Assembly (NCBI GenBank): GCA_963691875.1
Contig: OY829846.1
Coordinates: 2,208,001 to 2,272,000 of the forward strand
Direction: 5' to 3'
DNA length: 64,000 bases
Origin: Aureliella sp.
Lineage (GTDB): Bacteria; Planctomycetota; Planctomycetia; Pirellulales; Pirellulaceae
The notes beneath the pieces were generated by a model. It was given only the letters and a program-made list of their open reading frames with translations. It searched no databases and was not told the DNA's origin. A program made the position numbers and the translations under genes. This document shows, piece by piece, positions 42,577-52,541 of the stretch (position 1 is its first letter; every line of letters starts with the position of its first letter).

Positions 42577-45099
42577 ATGGCCAATCCAAGTTCAGTCGAG
42601 TTGCTCGCTCCAGCAGGGAATTGGGAGTGCGCGCGGGCTGCGATAGAGAATGGCGCGGATGCAATCTATTTTGGGCTTGAGTCAGGTTTTAACGCCCGGG
42701 CGCGGGCAGCGAATTTCCACTTGGACGACCTGGATCAGTTGATGCTGATGCTGCATCGCCAAGGTGTGAAGGGCTACGTTACGCTCAACACATTAATTTT
42801 CACCGACGAACTACCGGACTTTGAAATAAGCGTTCGGCGCCTTTCCGAATCCGGCGTGAATGCTGTTTTGGTCCAAGACCTGGGAGCAGCGCGTCTGATT
42901 CGCGAAATCTGCCCCGAACTCGAGGTGCACTCAAGTACCCAAATGACGCTGACGCACGCTGAGTCGATCGAGCTGGCCCGGGAACTGGGTGTTCAGCGAG
43001 TGGTGCTCGCACGCGAGCTGTCAGTGAAGGAGATTAGCAAGGTCACTGCCGCCACTGACATGCCGGTAGAAGTTTTTGTACATGGAGCACTTTGCGTTGC
43101 CTACAGCGGACAGTGCCTGACGAGTGAATCTTTTGGTGGCCGGAGTGCCAATCGTGGTCAGTGTGCTCAGGCCTGCCGCTTGCCATATGACCTTTACTGC
43201 GATGGTGAAGCACGCAACTTAGGCAATGTCCGCTATCTCCTCAGCCCACAAGACTTGGCCGCACATGATCTTGTTCCGCAGTTGATCGAAGCTGGTGTTT
43301 GCTCGCTTAAAGTTGAAGGACGACTTAAGACACCGGAGTACGTCGCCAATGTTTGCTCGCAGTATCGCTCTGCAATCGATTCAGCCTTGAGGCAACAGCC
43401 AAAAGTGCTTTCCGAGCAACAACAACGTGATTTGGAGATGAGCTTCTCACGTGGCTTTTCGCCAGGTTGGCTAGAAGGCTGCGATCACAAGCGATTGGTG
43501 CCTGGTACTAGCAGCGCCAAGCGTGGCGTCTTGCTTGGGACGGTGAACAGTCATCGCGGCGACCGCCTGCAGGTGCAACTCGATGCGCCGCTTTCTGTCG
43601 GCGATGGAGTCGTGTTGGAAGGCGATCGTTTCGCCTGCGAGGAGATTGGTGGCCGAGTCTTTGAGTTATTGCAGCGGGGCGAGAAACTTGCCTCGGTGGA
43701 CGGTGGAACAGTCGAAGTTGGATTGCCACGTGGAATTCTCGATCGTGATGCGGACTACTCCGGGCTGAAGGTCTTCAAGACAGATGATCCGCAGCTTACG
43801 AAACGCTTGCGCCGGAGTTTCGAAGGATCGGATCCGAAGAAACGGATTCTCGTGGACTTTGAGTTCTACATCGAAGTCGGTAAGCCAATTGAACTGAAGG
43901 CATCCACTGCTGACGGAGCTTCCATCAAACTCCAAAATGAGCATTGTCCTGAAGCTGCTCGCAAGCATCCAATTAGCCTGGAGAAACTAACCGAACAAAT
44001 GAGCCGCCTTGGCGGCACGGTCTATCGGATGGGAGATTTGTCTGCCACCATCGAAGGTGAACCGATGGTTCCGCTGAGTGTACTCGGCGGCCTGCGCCGG
44101 CAATGCATTGAGGCACTCGATGAGGCTCGCGTCCCACCAAGCTTTTCGTGCTCTCAAAGCAATGCAACGCAACGCATGCTAGTTTCGGTCGCAGAGGATG
44201 CGGCGTTAAATGGGAACTCATCTCCAGCAGCAGACGAACCGAGACTCCGTGTCCTTTGCCGCACGCTGACTCAACTGGAGCACGTACTGCAATTAGGTGT
44301 TCGAGATTTAATTGTCGACTTTCACGATATTCGTGAGTACCATCGAGCAGTTGCAGCATCCCATGAGGTTGGTGCACATATCGAACTAGCTACACTTCGC
44401 ATCCACAAGCCGGGGGAGGACGGCTTGTTCAAAGCGATGGCCAAGCATGGAGCCGATGGTTGGTTGGTGCGTAACTTGGCGGCGGTGAAGTATTGCCAGC
44501 AAGAACAAATTCCCATGAGCGGCGACTTTTCCTTGAACGTGACGAATCCGCTCACTGCTCAGCAACTCCGCAATTGGGGCATTGCGAGCGTCACAGCCTC
44601 ATATGATTTGAATCGTGATCAACTTCTGGAACTCGCCGAAGCGATGCCCAGCGATTGGTTGGAAGTGGTGATTCATCAGCATATGCCGATGTTCCACATG
44701 GAGCACTGTGTGTTCTGCAGTGTGCTGAGCCCTGGCAAGAACAAAAGCGATTGCGGGCGGCCATGTGATCGCCACGAAGTGCAGCTGGGCGATCGGACAG
44801 AAGCAAAACATGTTTTGCATGCTGATATTGGATGTCGCAACACGTTGTACAACGGAACGGCCCAGAGCGGGGCCGAAGCAGTTAAACCGCTGCTTGAACA
44901 AGGAGTGCGGCACTTTCGCATCGAGATGTTGCGTGACGCTGAGCCCGTGGATATCAAGCAGCTGGTCGAACTCTATCAAAAGCTCATCGCAGGCCAGCTC
45001 AGTGGCACTCAGGTCTGGCAGCAACTTAAAGCTCACAATCGCGTCGGTGTGACTCGCGGAACCCTCGAACAGCCTCGAAATCCCCTGGCGATCCTTTAG
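42577..45099 (+). CDS. Peptidase U32 family with DUF3656-like region (RlhA-like RNA hydroxylation protein)
   Basis: ELLAPAG, FNARARA, HSSTQM, VVLARELS, EVFVHGALCVAYSGQC, SANRGQCAQACR, LKVEGRLK. Confidence 0.92.
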   Translation: MANPSSVELLAPAGNWECARAAIENGADAIYFGLESGFNARARAANFHLDDLDQLMLMLHRQGVKGYVTLNTLIFTDELPDFEISVRRLSESGVNAVLVQDLGAARLIREICPELEVHSSTQMTLTHAESIELARELGVQRVVLARELSVKEISKVTAATDMPVEVFVHGALCVAYSGQCLTSESFGGRSANRGQCAQACRLPYDLYCDGEARNLGNVRYLLSPQDLAAHDLVPQLIEAGVCSLKVEGRLKTPEYVANVCSQYRSAIDSALRQQPKVLSEQQQRDLEMSFSRGFSPGWLEGCDHKRLVPGTSSAKRGVLLGTVNSHRGDRLQVQLDAPLSVGDGVVLEGDRFACEEIGGRVFELLQRGEKLASVDGGTVEVGLPRGILDRDADYSGLKVFKTDDPQLTKRLRRSFEGSDPKKRILVDFEFYIEVGKPIELKASTADGASIKLQNEHCPEAARKHPISLEKLTEQMSRLGGTVYRMGDLSATIEGEPMVPLSVLGGLRRQCIEALDEARVPPSFSCSQSNATQRMLVSVAEDAALNGNSSPAADEPRLRVLCRTLTQLEHVLQLGVRDLIVDFHDIREYHRAVAASHEVGAHIELATLRIHKPGEDGLFKAMAKHGADGWLVRNLAAVKYCQQEQIPMSGDFSLNVTNPLTAQQLRNWGIASVTASYDLNRDQLLELAEAMPSDWLEVVIHQHMPMFHMEHCVFCSVLSPGKNKSDCGRPCDRHEVQLGDRTEAKHVLHADIGCRNTLYNGTAQSGAEAVKPLLEQGVRHFRIEMLRDAEPVDIKQLVELYQKLIAGQLSGTQVWQQLKAHNRVGVTRGTLEQPRNPLAIL

Positions 45100-45725
45100 C
45101 TACGTCTCAAGCTGCATATCGTGAGCAGCTTGTGGAATGCGGTGATCACTATTCTGCACTCCGTAAGTTCTACTTCGACTTCACGCTGGAAAATAGCCAA
45201 CACGATGTCCAAGTGCTAAAGCTTTCCCGCAGGATGGAAGGATTCTGGGCGGTCTGCTTCGTGAACTGATTCAGTCCGAGCGGTAGCGAAAGCAGTAGCC
45301 AGCTTTTCCGTCTGGCCAACAGCCCCTTCCGATTGCCTGTCCTGGACAGCCACAACCTTCTCGAGAATTTTCTCAGCAGTTACGCGGCGTCCGTGGACAC
45401 GCCAACAGCTTCGTGTCTGAGTAGGCTGATTTACTGAGATCTATGGAAGCTGAGTCTAGGCTTCATGCAGGACTTCACGACCATCTGGACGAAGTCCGCA
45501 GGTTGAATGCTCTGGCCACTTATGTTCAGCAAAACTTGAGACAATCGCCCCACCGCAGCTGTTTGGTAAACAAACTTGGACAGCTGGATGCACAATGGCG
45601 GATGGCAAAGTGCAATTCGGCCGACTGGCAATCGATCCTACGAGTAGATGACAAGTCGACAAATTGCTTGCTGCAACTGCAGGCACTGGTCAGATAGCTT
45701 CCCTATTTCGCAGTAGAACGAAGGC

Positions 45726-45757
45726 TCGTTTAACGCCCAGCCGCAGCCGCCGGCTTG
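45726..45757 (+). repeat. 32-nt REP-like hairpin repeat, copy 2
   Basis: TCGTTTAACGCCCAGCCGCAGCCGCCGGCTTG, 28/32 identical to the reverse complement of 23429-23460. Confidence 0.7.
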
Positions 45758-46078
45758 CTTTGGTTCTTCAATAAGGAACGCATTCTTTACGCCTCATTGC
45801 CTCATTGGGGCATTCACTCTAGATTCGTGTGAGCCTAACGCACCCTACCATCGGGGCAAATGCTTGCAAATGATTTGAGCCTGCCAAGAAGAGGCCGGAG
45901 GGAATCCCCCACACTCTCAACAACCATCAGAAATTTTCTTCCCAGACTGCCAATATCCGCTGAAGCTAGACGAGTTAGTTAGTCATAGACGCCGCGGACT
46001 CGAATCGATGGGATGTTGCCTTGAGGGCTGCAACCGGGTTCGCTAGTCTTCGCGATGCTCTATTGGAAAGGAATCCAG

Positions 46079-47161
46079 ATGCAGCGATCGATTCTGCAAA
46101 CTACCGCTTTGATGATGTTTGCATGCCAAGCAAGCATTGCTCAACAGCCCATTGTGACAGAAGCAGCATTTCCCCTGCTCGTTCGTACGGAAGCTCCTTC
46201 CGCTTCAGAGCTGGGAAACAGCAGCTATTTTGAACAAGGGGATGCCGCGCAAACCGATGAACTGATGGTCATCCCCGCAGTCTCAGCAGCTACGCCCCCC
46301 GCCCTGCAGATCCATCAACCTGTGATCGAGTTACCGGAAGCGGTAGTTGTTTCTGAAGCAGAAATTTGCGGCTGCGGGGATTGTGCTGTCTGCGAACGTC
46401 GCTCGCCGGGAGTCACTTTTGGCGATTGGTTTGGTTATAACTCACCGCAGAGCGATACCACTTGGCTGGTCGGTAACGGTGACGATCTTGGTATGTTCAG
46501 TTTCGAGAACTACCCCAACTTGAAGCTCGGCAAGAGCAGATCGTTCTCGCTCGGTACTGGTTTTCACTTTGTGAACGGTCCGATTGCAACGGACTTACCC
46601 CCAAGGCTATTCGATCTCGTTCTAGCGTATCAGAAACGCAAGGCTTGGTCATCGCGATTCATGTACGACATGCGCGTATCCGTAGGAGCCTTCACTGACT
46701 ACGAGGGTAGCGTTAGGAAAGGCATTCGATTCCCGGGGCACTTTGTCACTTTTTTCGAATGGAATCCCTGGTTAGTTAGCGTGCTAGGAATCGAAGCTCC
46801 AGATCGTGACGATATCAGTGTCCTGCCGGTGGCAGGATTTGTTTGGCGGCCCAACTCAGAGATGGTGATCGAAGCCGTTTTTCCGCGTCCCAAGATTCAA
46901 ACGTGTATTCGTGGAAAAAGAGCTTTGTATTTGTCCGGCGAGCTAGGCGGAGGCACTTGGGCCATCGAACGAGTTGGCGGCATCAACGACAACGCAACCT
47001 ATCGAGACTTCCGTGTTATGCTTGGTATCCATGACTTTGGTGACAACGATTCCGACTTTGAAATCGGCTGGGCCTGCGGTCGGAAGCTCGAATATCGCTC
47101 GGGCATCGGCGACTACAACATCGATGACACCTTGCTCATTCGCTGGCGCACGCATTATTGA
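46079..47161 (+). CDS. Putative outer-membrane beta-barrel protein (DUF6268-like)
   Basis: Signal peptide, DLPPRLFD, LPVAGFVWRP, FPRPK, GELGGGTWAIER, aromatic C-terminus. Confidence 0.75.
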   Translation: MQRSILQTTALMMFACQASIAQQPIVTEAAFPLLVRTEAPSASELGNSSYFEQGDAAQTDELMVIPAVSAATPPALQIHQPVIELPEAVVVSEAEICGCGDCAVCERRSPGVTFGDWFGYNSPQSDTTWLVGNGDDLGMFSFENYPNLKLGKSRSFSLGTGFHFVNGPIATDLPPRLFDLVLAYQKRKAWSSRFMYDMRVSVGAFTDYEGSVRKGIRFPGHFVTFFEWNPWLVSVLGIEAPDRDDISVLPVAGFVWRPNSEMVIEAVFPRPKIQTCIRGKRALYLSGELGGGTWAIERVGGINDNATYRDFRVMLGIHDFGDNDSDFEIGWACGRKLEYRSGIGDYNIDDTLLIRWRTHY

Positions 47162-47388
47162 TGCCGCTCCAACGCTTCCTAGGCCTGGATGATACTGGCT
47201 TGCAAGTGTTTCGGCGTGTTCCGAGCATGCAGCCTGAGCCCCAAGGTCATAACCAAACTGTGTACGCCTCGATTGAGAAAACTCATCTAGCAGCGACTGT
47301 CACTTCTCGAAGTACTACTGACAGAACAACGTACAGCATCCAGGTAACACACACACAACAGCGAACTGACCAAGTGCCGAGCCCCGAC

Positions 47389-47727
47389 TTACGACGCGAT
47401 GGATTCAAGTAGGCTGATCCAGAAGCCGCAAAGAAGCACAAAGAGCATTCCCATCCAGGCGATCATCGCAACTGGCAAAATCACGAGCGAAATAGAATTG
47501 AGTATAAAGCTGAATCCAGTTCGCTCGTTGACGCCCTGTGGGTCGAGACAGTCGGACAACACCATGCCGCCCATCGCTAGCCAGAATACGGCTGATGCAA
47601 TGGTGAAACCATTTGGAATCCAATTGTCGAATCGATCGAGAGTCACAGAAATAGCAACCGTAGTGGTGGCGATCAATAGTTGCCGAATTCCGAATCGCCG
47701 AAGATCAGGAGGAATACTCGTCGACAT
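47389..47727 (-). CDS. Small membrane protein
   Basis: RFGIRQLLIATT motif typical of Planctomycete membrane proteins, 3 TMs. Confidence 0.65.
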   Translation of the reverse strand: MSTSIPPDLRRFGIRQLLIATTTVAISVTLDRFDNWIPNGFTIASAVFWLAMGGMVLSDCLDPQGVNERTGFSFILNSISLVILPVAMIAWMGMLFVLLCGFWISLLESIAS

Positions 47728-47764
47728 GGCGGTCGATCTCCGATGTATGACATTCGATGAAACT

Positions 47765-49162
47765 CTAGTTGTAGCTGACCGCACGCATATCAACGCAAAT
47801 CAATTCCTTCTCATTGCGAACAAATAGCTTTCCATCCGAACAAGCTGGCGGATACCAAACATAAGCCCTACCTCGAGACTGTGCTGTCGTATCTAGAAGC
47901 TTGGTACGACCAAGCTCCTTGTAACCGTCGGCCGAGAGATCAGAGAGAATCAACTCTCCTTGGTCGGTGAACAACCAGAAGCGGTCTTGGTTTTCGATCG
48001 CAAACAAAGAAGGAAAGCCTTTGTCGCCACGCGGAATCACTTGTGGATCTTCCTCAGCAGTCGCCAGGGCCTCGTAGCTTCGCCACAGCAAAGAGCCATC
48101 TTTCGTACTCACACAACGCAGTTCGCCATTTCCGGCAACTCCGATCAAACTCCCGTCACGTTGTACCACGGTCGACATGATCGAGTTGATATCCTCGTCG
48201 TGCTTCCTATCGTTCTCCGTACTCCACAATTCTTCGGTCGAGAAGTCGGGCTGGAGCTGAAAGAGCATTGAGCCATGGTAGAAATTCGATACAAATATTT
48301 TATCTCCTAGCACCTTCGGAGGCACAATGGAAACGACAGGCCGTTGTGGTTTTGCGTCTGGGAATTTGTGAGACCACAGCTGACCTCCCGTAGCGATTTC
48401 CAAACCGCAGATTGCAACGTCGTACCAAACGATGAGCTGCTCCTTTCCATGAATCTCGGCAACCACATAGGGAGCGTAGCCGATCTCTCGAGCGGTAATA
48501 CTTGTCCAGAATTCTTCGCCAGTCATTTTCTTCATCGCGACGACACCGGTGCCTTCGCCGCCCGCCGCACATATGAGCAAGTCACCGATGACCAAAGGCT
48601 GTGAAGCTTAGCCCCAAACGGGCGGCTTGGTTTCATACTTTTCAGCGACATTAATTTGCCAGATCACTTCACCCGTAGCGGCTTTAAGACACAGCACCTC
48701 GCCCATTGTCCCTTGAATGTAAACTCGATCGCCGTCGACAGTCGGATTGGATCTCGGACCGCCTGGATAGGATACTTTCAGTTCTGTTTCATATTCGTAG
48801 GTCCAGATTTCCTTGCCAGTCGTACTATCCAAGCAGATCACGCGTTCCGTTCCACTTCGACTCCTCAGACGTCCGGTATCACCTTCGACGGGCTCAGAGA
48901 CAAAGTCCATCACGAAGAGCCGACCATCTGCGACAGACGGACCATTATACCCTCCTTGCACCGGAGAACGCCAAAGCACTTTGAGCCCGTCAACTGGAAT
49001 CTCGGCGACAACGCCAGATTCATTCCAAACTCCTTCATAGCCCTTGCCCATCCAGCTAGGCCAATCCTCCGCCTTTGCATAAGTCACAATCGTAGAAACC
49101 AGGAAGGCAAGAGTAAGGAGAAGCGTGCGCGATTTGCGGAGCGTGGGAACTTGGCGATACAT
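47765..49162 (-). pseudogene. PQQ-binding-like beta-propeller protein split by an in-frame ochre stop
   Basis: EDWPSWMG...GPRSNPTVDG...KPPVWG*ASQPLVIGDLLI; TAA at 48608-48610 where Tyr is usual, and both halves are in frame. Confidence 0.85.
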
Positions 49163-49600
49163 GGCTTCGGTTCGGTCGGCGAATGGGAATGATCAAAACA
49201 CTTCTGTTGCTGAGGCCTAAGGTTTAATTAAACAGATTTCAAACGCGACGCTAGCGATTTGAGGAGTTTTCTACAAGTCTTCCACAAAACGCGAGCGGTC
49301 GCCGAGCCCTTTCTCGCCGCTCTTTTGGGGATCTCCGTGTCGCTCGGCATGCTCGCAAAGTTTGACTATCCCGCAGTTTGATAAACAGAGACTTATTGCG
49401 AGCCAGGAATTCGGCCCGCGTTTGGATTCTCCAACTTTCCAAAGTCTCAGCATTTATTAACCTCGTTCTTCTCACGTACGCGCTTCCACGAGCACTAACA
49501 AAGTGCAAAAGCCATCCACATCCCACGCTCGTGCGGATAGGAAAATGCGATCGAGGCCCCGTGTGACTCTGACGAATAAACGCGAGAATGGAACCCAAGC

Positions 49601-50608
49601 ATGGATCCTCAAAGTATGGAATCTGCCGACACTGACCAGGAATTCAATCCAGTCAAGGCGGAAAACACTAAGCCTGCTGCCGGCACTTCCCCTGAGCCAA
49701 AGCCAGCAGCTGACGAAGCGGCGAGCATCGAACCCGTCAATGACTCCAACGAATCAAATGCCGAAGTTGCCGTGGCTGAAACCTCGAGCGACTCTTCTTT
49801 CGGGGCTGCGGAAGCACCTGTGGACGAAGCCAAGACCAACGAGCTCTCCTCGGACTTCGTTGGTCGCTGGACGACTTTGATCAGCACTACCAACTGGGAA
49901 AAAGGAAAGATCATCTACGAATGGCGCGACGCCTTGATGGGTTCCGAATCGCCTTCCAGCACTTACAGCGATGACGCTTGGGCACAGCGAGTTGGTGGTG
50001 TGACCCCCCAACACGCCGGCCGCTTGCGCCGGGTTTTCGATCGCTTTGGGAGTTCCTACGAAAGCTTCTCGGGTCTCTACTGGAGCCACTTCCTCGCAGC
50101 CCTCGATTGGGACGACGCCGAAATGTGGCTCGAGGGAGCAACCCAGAGCAATTGGAGTGTCTCGCAAATGCGACGCACTCGTTGGGAGTCCCAAGGGGGT
50201 AATCCTCAACAAGAACCACAAGAAACGGAAATTGTATCCGCTAGCATCGACGAAGACTTCACGCCGCTCGCCGAAGTGGAAGAAGATTCTGGAGTTCAGG
50301 ACGATTCGCGTAGCGTCGCCGAAGGACCTCGTGACGAAAGTCCAGACTTTGGAGACGAGAACGAAGCCACTGCCCCAGATGGAAGCACCATCGACGATGA
50401 AGCTCTGCCTTGGGAAGGCGATGCAGAAGTCGGTGATCCGATCGAATCCCCCTTCGCAAACTTGCCAAGCCTTCCGGTCGACATGGCGGACGCTCTCGAA
50501 CAATTCAAGCTGAGCATCATTCGCCATCGCAGCGACTCGTGGGCAGAAGTCGCTCAGGGCGATGTGCTTCAAGCCGTCGATGCCCTTCGAGCCTTTGCCG
50601 CACAATAG
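49601..50608 (+). CDS. Acidic hypothetical protein with a YhcG/DUF1016-N-like core
   Basis: NWEKGKII...RLRRVF...LYWSHF...NWSVSQMRR core flanked by Asp/Glu-rich low-complexity regions. Confidence 0.8.
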   Translation: MDPQSMESADTDQEFNPVKAENTKPAAGTSPEPKPAADEAASIEPVNDSNESNAEVAVAETSSDSSFGAAEAPVDEAKTNELSSDFVGRWTTLISTTNWEKGKIIYEWRDALMGSESPSSTYSDDAWAQRVGGVTPQHAGRLRRVFDRFGSSYESFSGLYWSHFLAALDWDDAEMWLEGATQSNWSVSQMRRTRWESQGGNPQQEPQETEIVSASIDEDFTPLAEVEEDSGVQDDSRSVAEGPRDESPDFGDENEATAPDGSTIDDEALPWEGDAEVGDPIESPFANLPSLPVDMADALEQFKLSIIRHRSDSWAEVAQGDVLQAVDALRAFAAQ

Positions 50609-50722
50609 CATTGGATCGACTAGAATAGTAACAATGCAAACTCAAGACTCCGTCGAGATTACTCGATGGAGTCTTTCTTATTGGGTGTATCAAGTACGAA
50701 TCAGTGGACCGGAAAACCTCGC

Positions 50723-52378
50723 ATGCGCATATTGCAAACCATTGTTCTTGCTTTCACGGCTCTCGCGGTTGGAGTTGGTTTCCCACTCGCTCAGGCTCAG
50801 GAGGTCGAGAAGTACGACCAACAAGACAAATTACGCGGCTCCGTGACTCCCGAGCGTCAGTGGTGGGACTTGCTGCACTATCACTTGCGGATCGAGGTGC
50901 TCCCTGAGACGAAGACACTTGCTGGCAGCAACACGATTCGCTTCAAGCCCACACAAGTGGCGAAACGCATGCAACTCGACTTGCAAGAGCCAATGAAAAT
51001 CACCGCAGTGACGCTTGGCGAAAACAGCTTGCCATATGAGCGTGATGGCAATGTGTACTGGATCGATTTCCCCGAACCGCTGCCACTTGGCAAGGAAGCT
51101 TCCATTGTGGTTCAGTACGAGGGCAAACCTGTCGAAAGCGTGCGTCCGCCTTGGAGCGGCGGTCTGACTTGGCAAAAGGATTCGTCGGGATCACCTTTCA
51201 TCGCAACAACGTGCCAAGGTGACGGAGCCAGTTTATGGTGGCCGTGTAAAGACCACGGCTACGATGAGCCTGACGAAGGCGTTCGCGTGAGTGTGACCGT
51301 CCCAGAAAAACTGGTCGCAGTCTGCAATGGCCGTCTGGACAAAGAAGAACGAGACACAGAAGCAGCGACTCGAACTTTTCACTGGCAAGTCACGCAGCCT
51401 ATCAACAACTACTGCGTCAACCTGAACATTGGCGACTATGTTACTTTCTCCGACGACTTCGAAGGCGAAGGCGGCAAGTTGGACATGCAATATTGGGTTT
51501 TACGTGAGCACAAGGAAATCGCTCAGAAGCAGTTCCGTGAAGCACCTCGAACCATCGAAGCTTTCGAGCACTGGTTCGGCAAGTATCCCTTCTACGAGGA
51601 CAGTTACAAGCTGGTGGAAGTGCCTTATTTGGGCATGGAGCATCAAAGCTCAGTCACTTATGGCAACGGATTCAAAAATGGTTATCGCGGCACAGATTTG
51701 AGCGGCACTGGCGTCGGCATGCTCTTCGATTTCATTGTCGTTCACGAGTCGGGACATGAGTGGTTTGGGAATAACATCTCGATGCGTGATGTAGCAGACA
51801 TGTGGATTCACGAGAGCTTCACCAATTACTCTGAAAATTTATTCGTTGAATATCACTTTAGCGAAATAGAAGCCCAAGATTACGTGATTGGCTGTCGTAA
51901 GCGAGTCCGCAATGACGTGCCGATTATTGGAGTCTACGATGTAAACCAGTCTGGCAGCGGCGACATGTACTACAAAGGCGGCAATATGCTGCACGCAATC
52001 CGCCACACCATCAACGATACCGAAAAGTGGCGAGAGATCCTTCGCGGACTCAATCAAGACTTCTACCATCAAACAGTCACGACTCAGCAGATCGAGGAAT
52101 ACATTAGCGAGAAGTCGGGAATCGATTTTCGGCTTTTCTTTGATCAGTACCTGCGAACGACCAAAATCCCTAGACTGAAATACTCGATCGCCGGCAAACA
52201 AGTCACCTACCAACTAGAAAACGTCATTCCTGGCTTCGCCTATCCGGTCCGAGTCGACATCGATGGCGAACAGAAGACAATTGTGCCATCCGAACACCCC
52301 CAAACACTGGAACTTGACAAGCCAGTCGAATCCTTCCTGCTCGACCGCAATTTCTACATCGACGTCGTCAAGGAATAG
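50723..52378 (+). CDS. M1 family metalloaminopeptidase
   Basis: WWPCKD, LGMEHQS, VHESGHEWFGN...WIHESF (HExxH-x18-E), YYKGG. Confidence 0.94.
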   Translation: MRILQTIVLAFTALAVGVGFPLAQAQEVEKYDQQDKLRGSVTPERQWWDLLHYHLRIEVLPETKTLAGSNTIRFKPTQVAKRMQLDLQEPMKITAVTLGENSLPYERDGNVYWIDFPEPLPLGKEASIVVQYEGKPVESVRPPWSGGLTWQKDSSGSPFIATTCQGDGASLWWPCKDHGYDEPDEGVRVSVTVPEKLVAVCNGRLDKEERDTEAATRTFHWQVTQPINNYCVNLNIGDYVTFSDDFEGEGGKLDMQYWVLREHKEIAQKQFREAPRTIEAFEHWFGKYPFYEDSYKLVEVPYLGMEHQSSVTYGNGFKNGYRGTDLSGTGVGMLFDFIVVHESGHEWFGNNISMRDVADMWIHESFTNYSENLFVEYHFSEIEAQDYVIGCRKRVRNDVPIIGVYDVNQSGSGDMYYKGGNMLHAIRHTINDTEKWREILRGLNQDFYHQTVTTQQIEEYISEKSGIDFRLFFDQYLRTTKIPRLKYSIAGKQVTYQLENVIPGFAYPVRVDIDGEQKTIVPSEHPQTLELDKPVESFLLDRNFYIDVVKE

Positions 52379-52541
52379 CATTCAGCGAGGTTGAACTACA
52401 ATGTTTTGCCTTAAGTAGGTTCATTTCAATTATCCCGACTAAGAGTAGGTCTATTGTCCCAATTGACCTCGTCCACCACTGAGCCGCATGTTGCTCCTTG
52501 CGGTACTCCTCTAGCCCCCACCACCCCAACGGAAACTTAGA

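Noticed and set aside
45100..45720. Possible gene remnants between the U32 gene and the barrel gene
   Set aside because: Short ORFs with no recognisable motif; probably debris but unassignable.
2021..48610. Stop-codon reassignment or pyrrolysine/selenocysteine to explain the in-frame stops
   Set aside because: All three stop types occur internally, at positions expecting different residues and often alongside frameshifts. Intact genes end in TAA, TAG and TGA.
19645..50611. Long antisense ORFs (19645-20457, 39372-40109, 49754-50611)
   Set aside because: They lie opposite well-supported genes and lack motifs; typical shadow ORFs.
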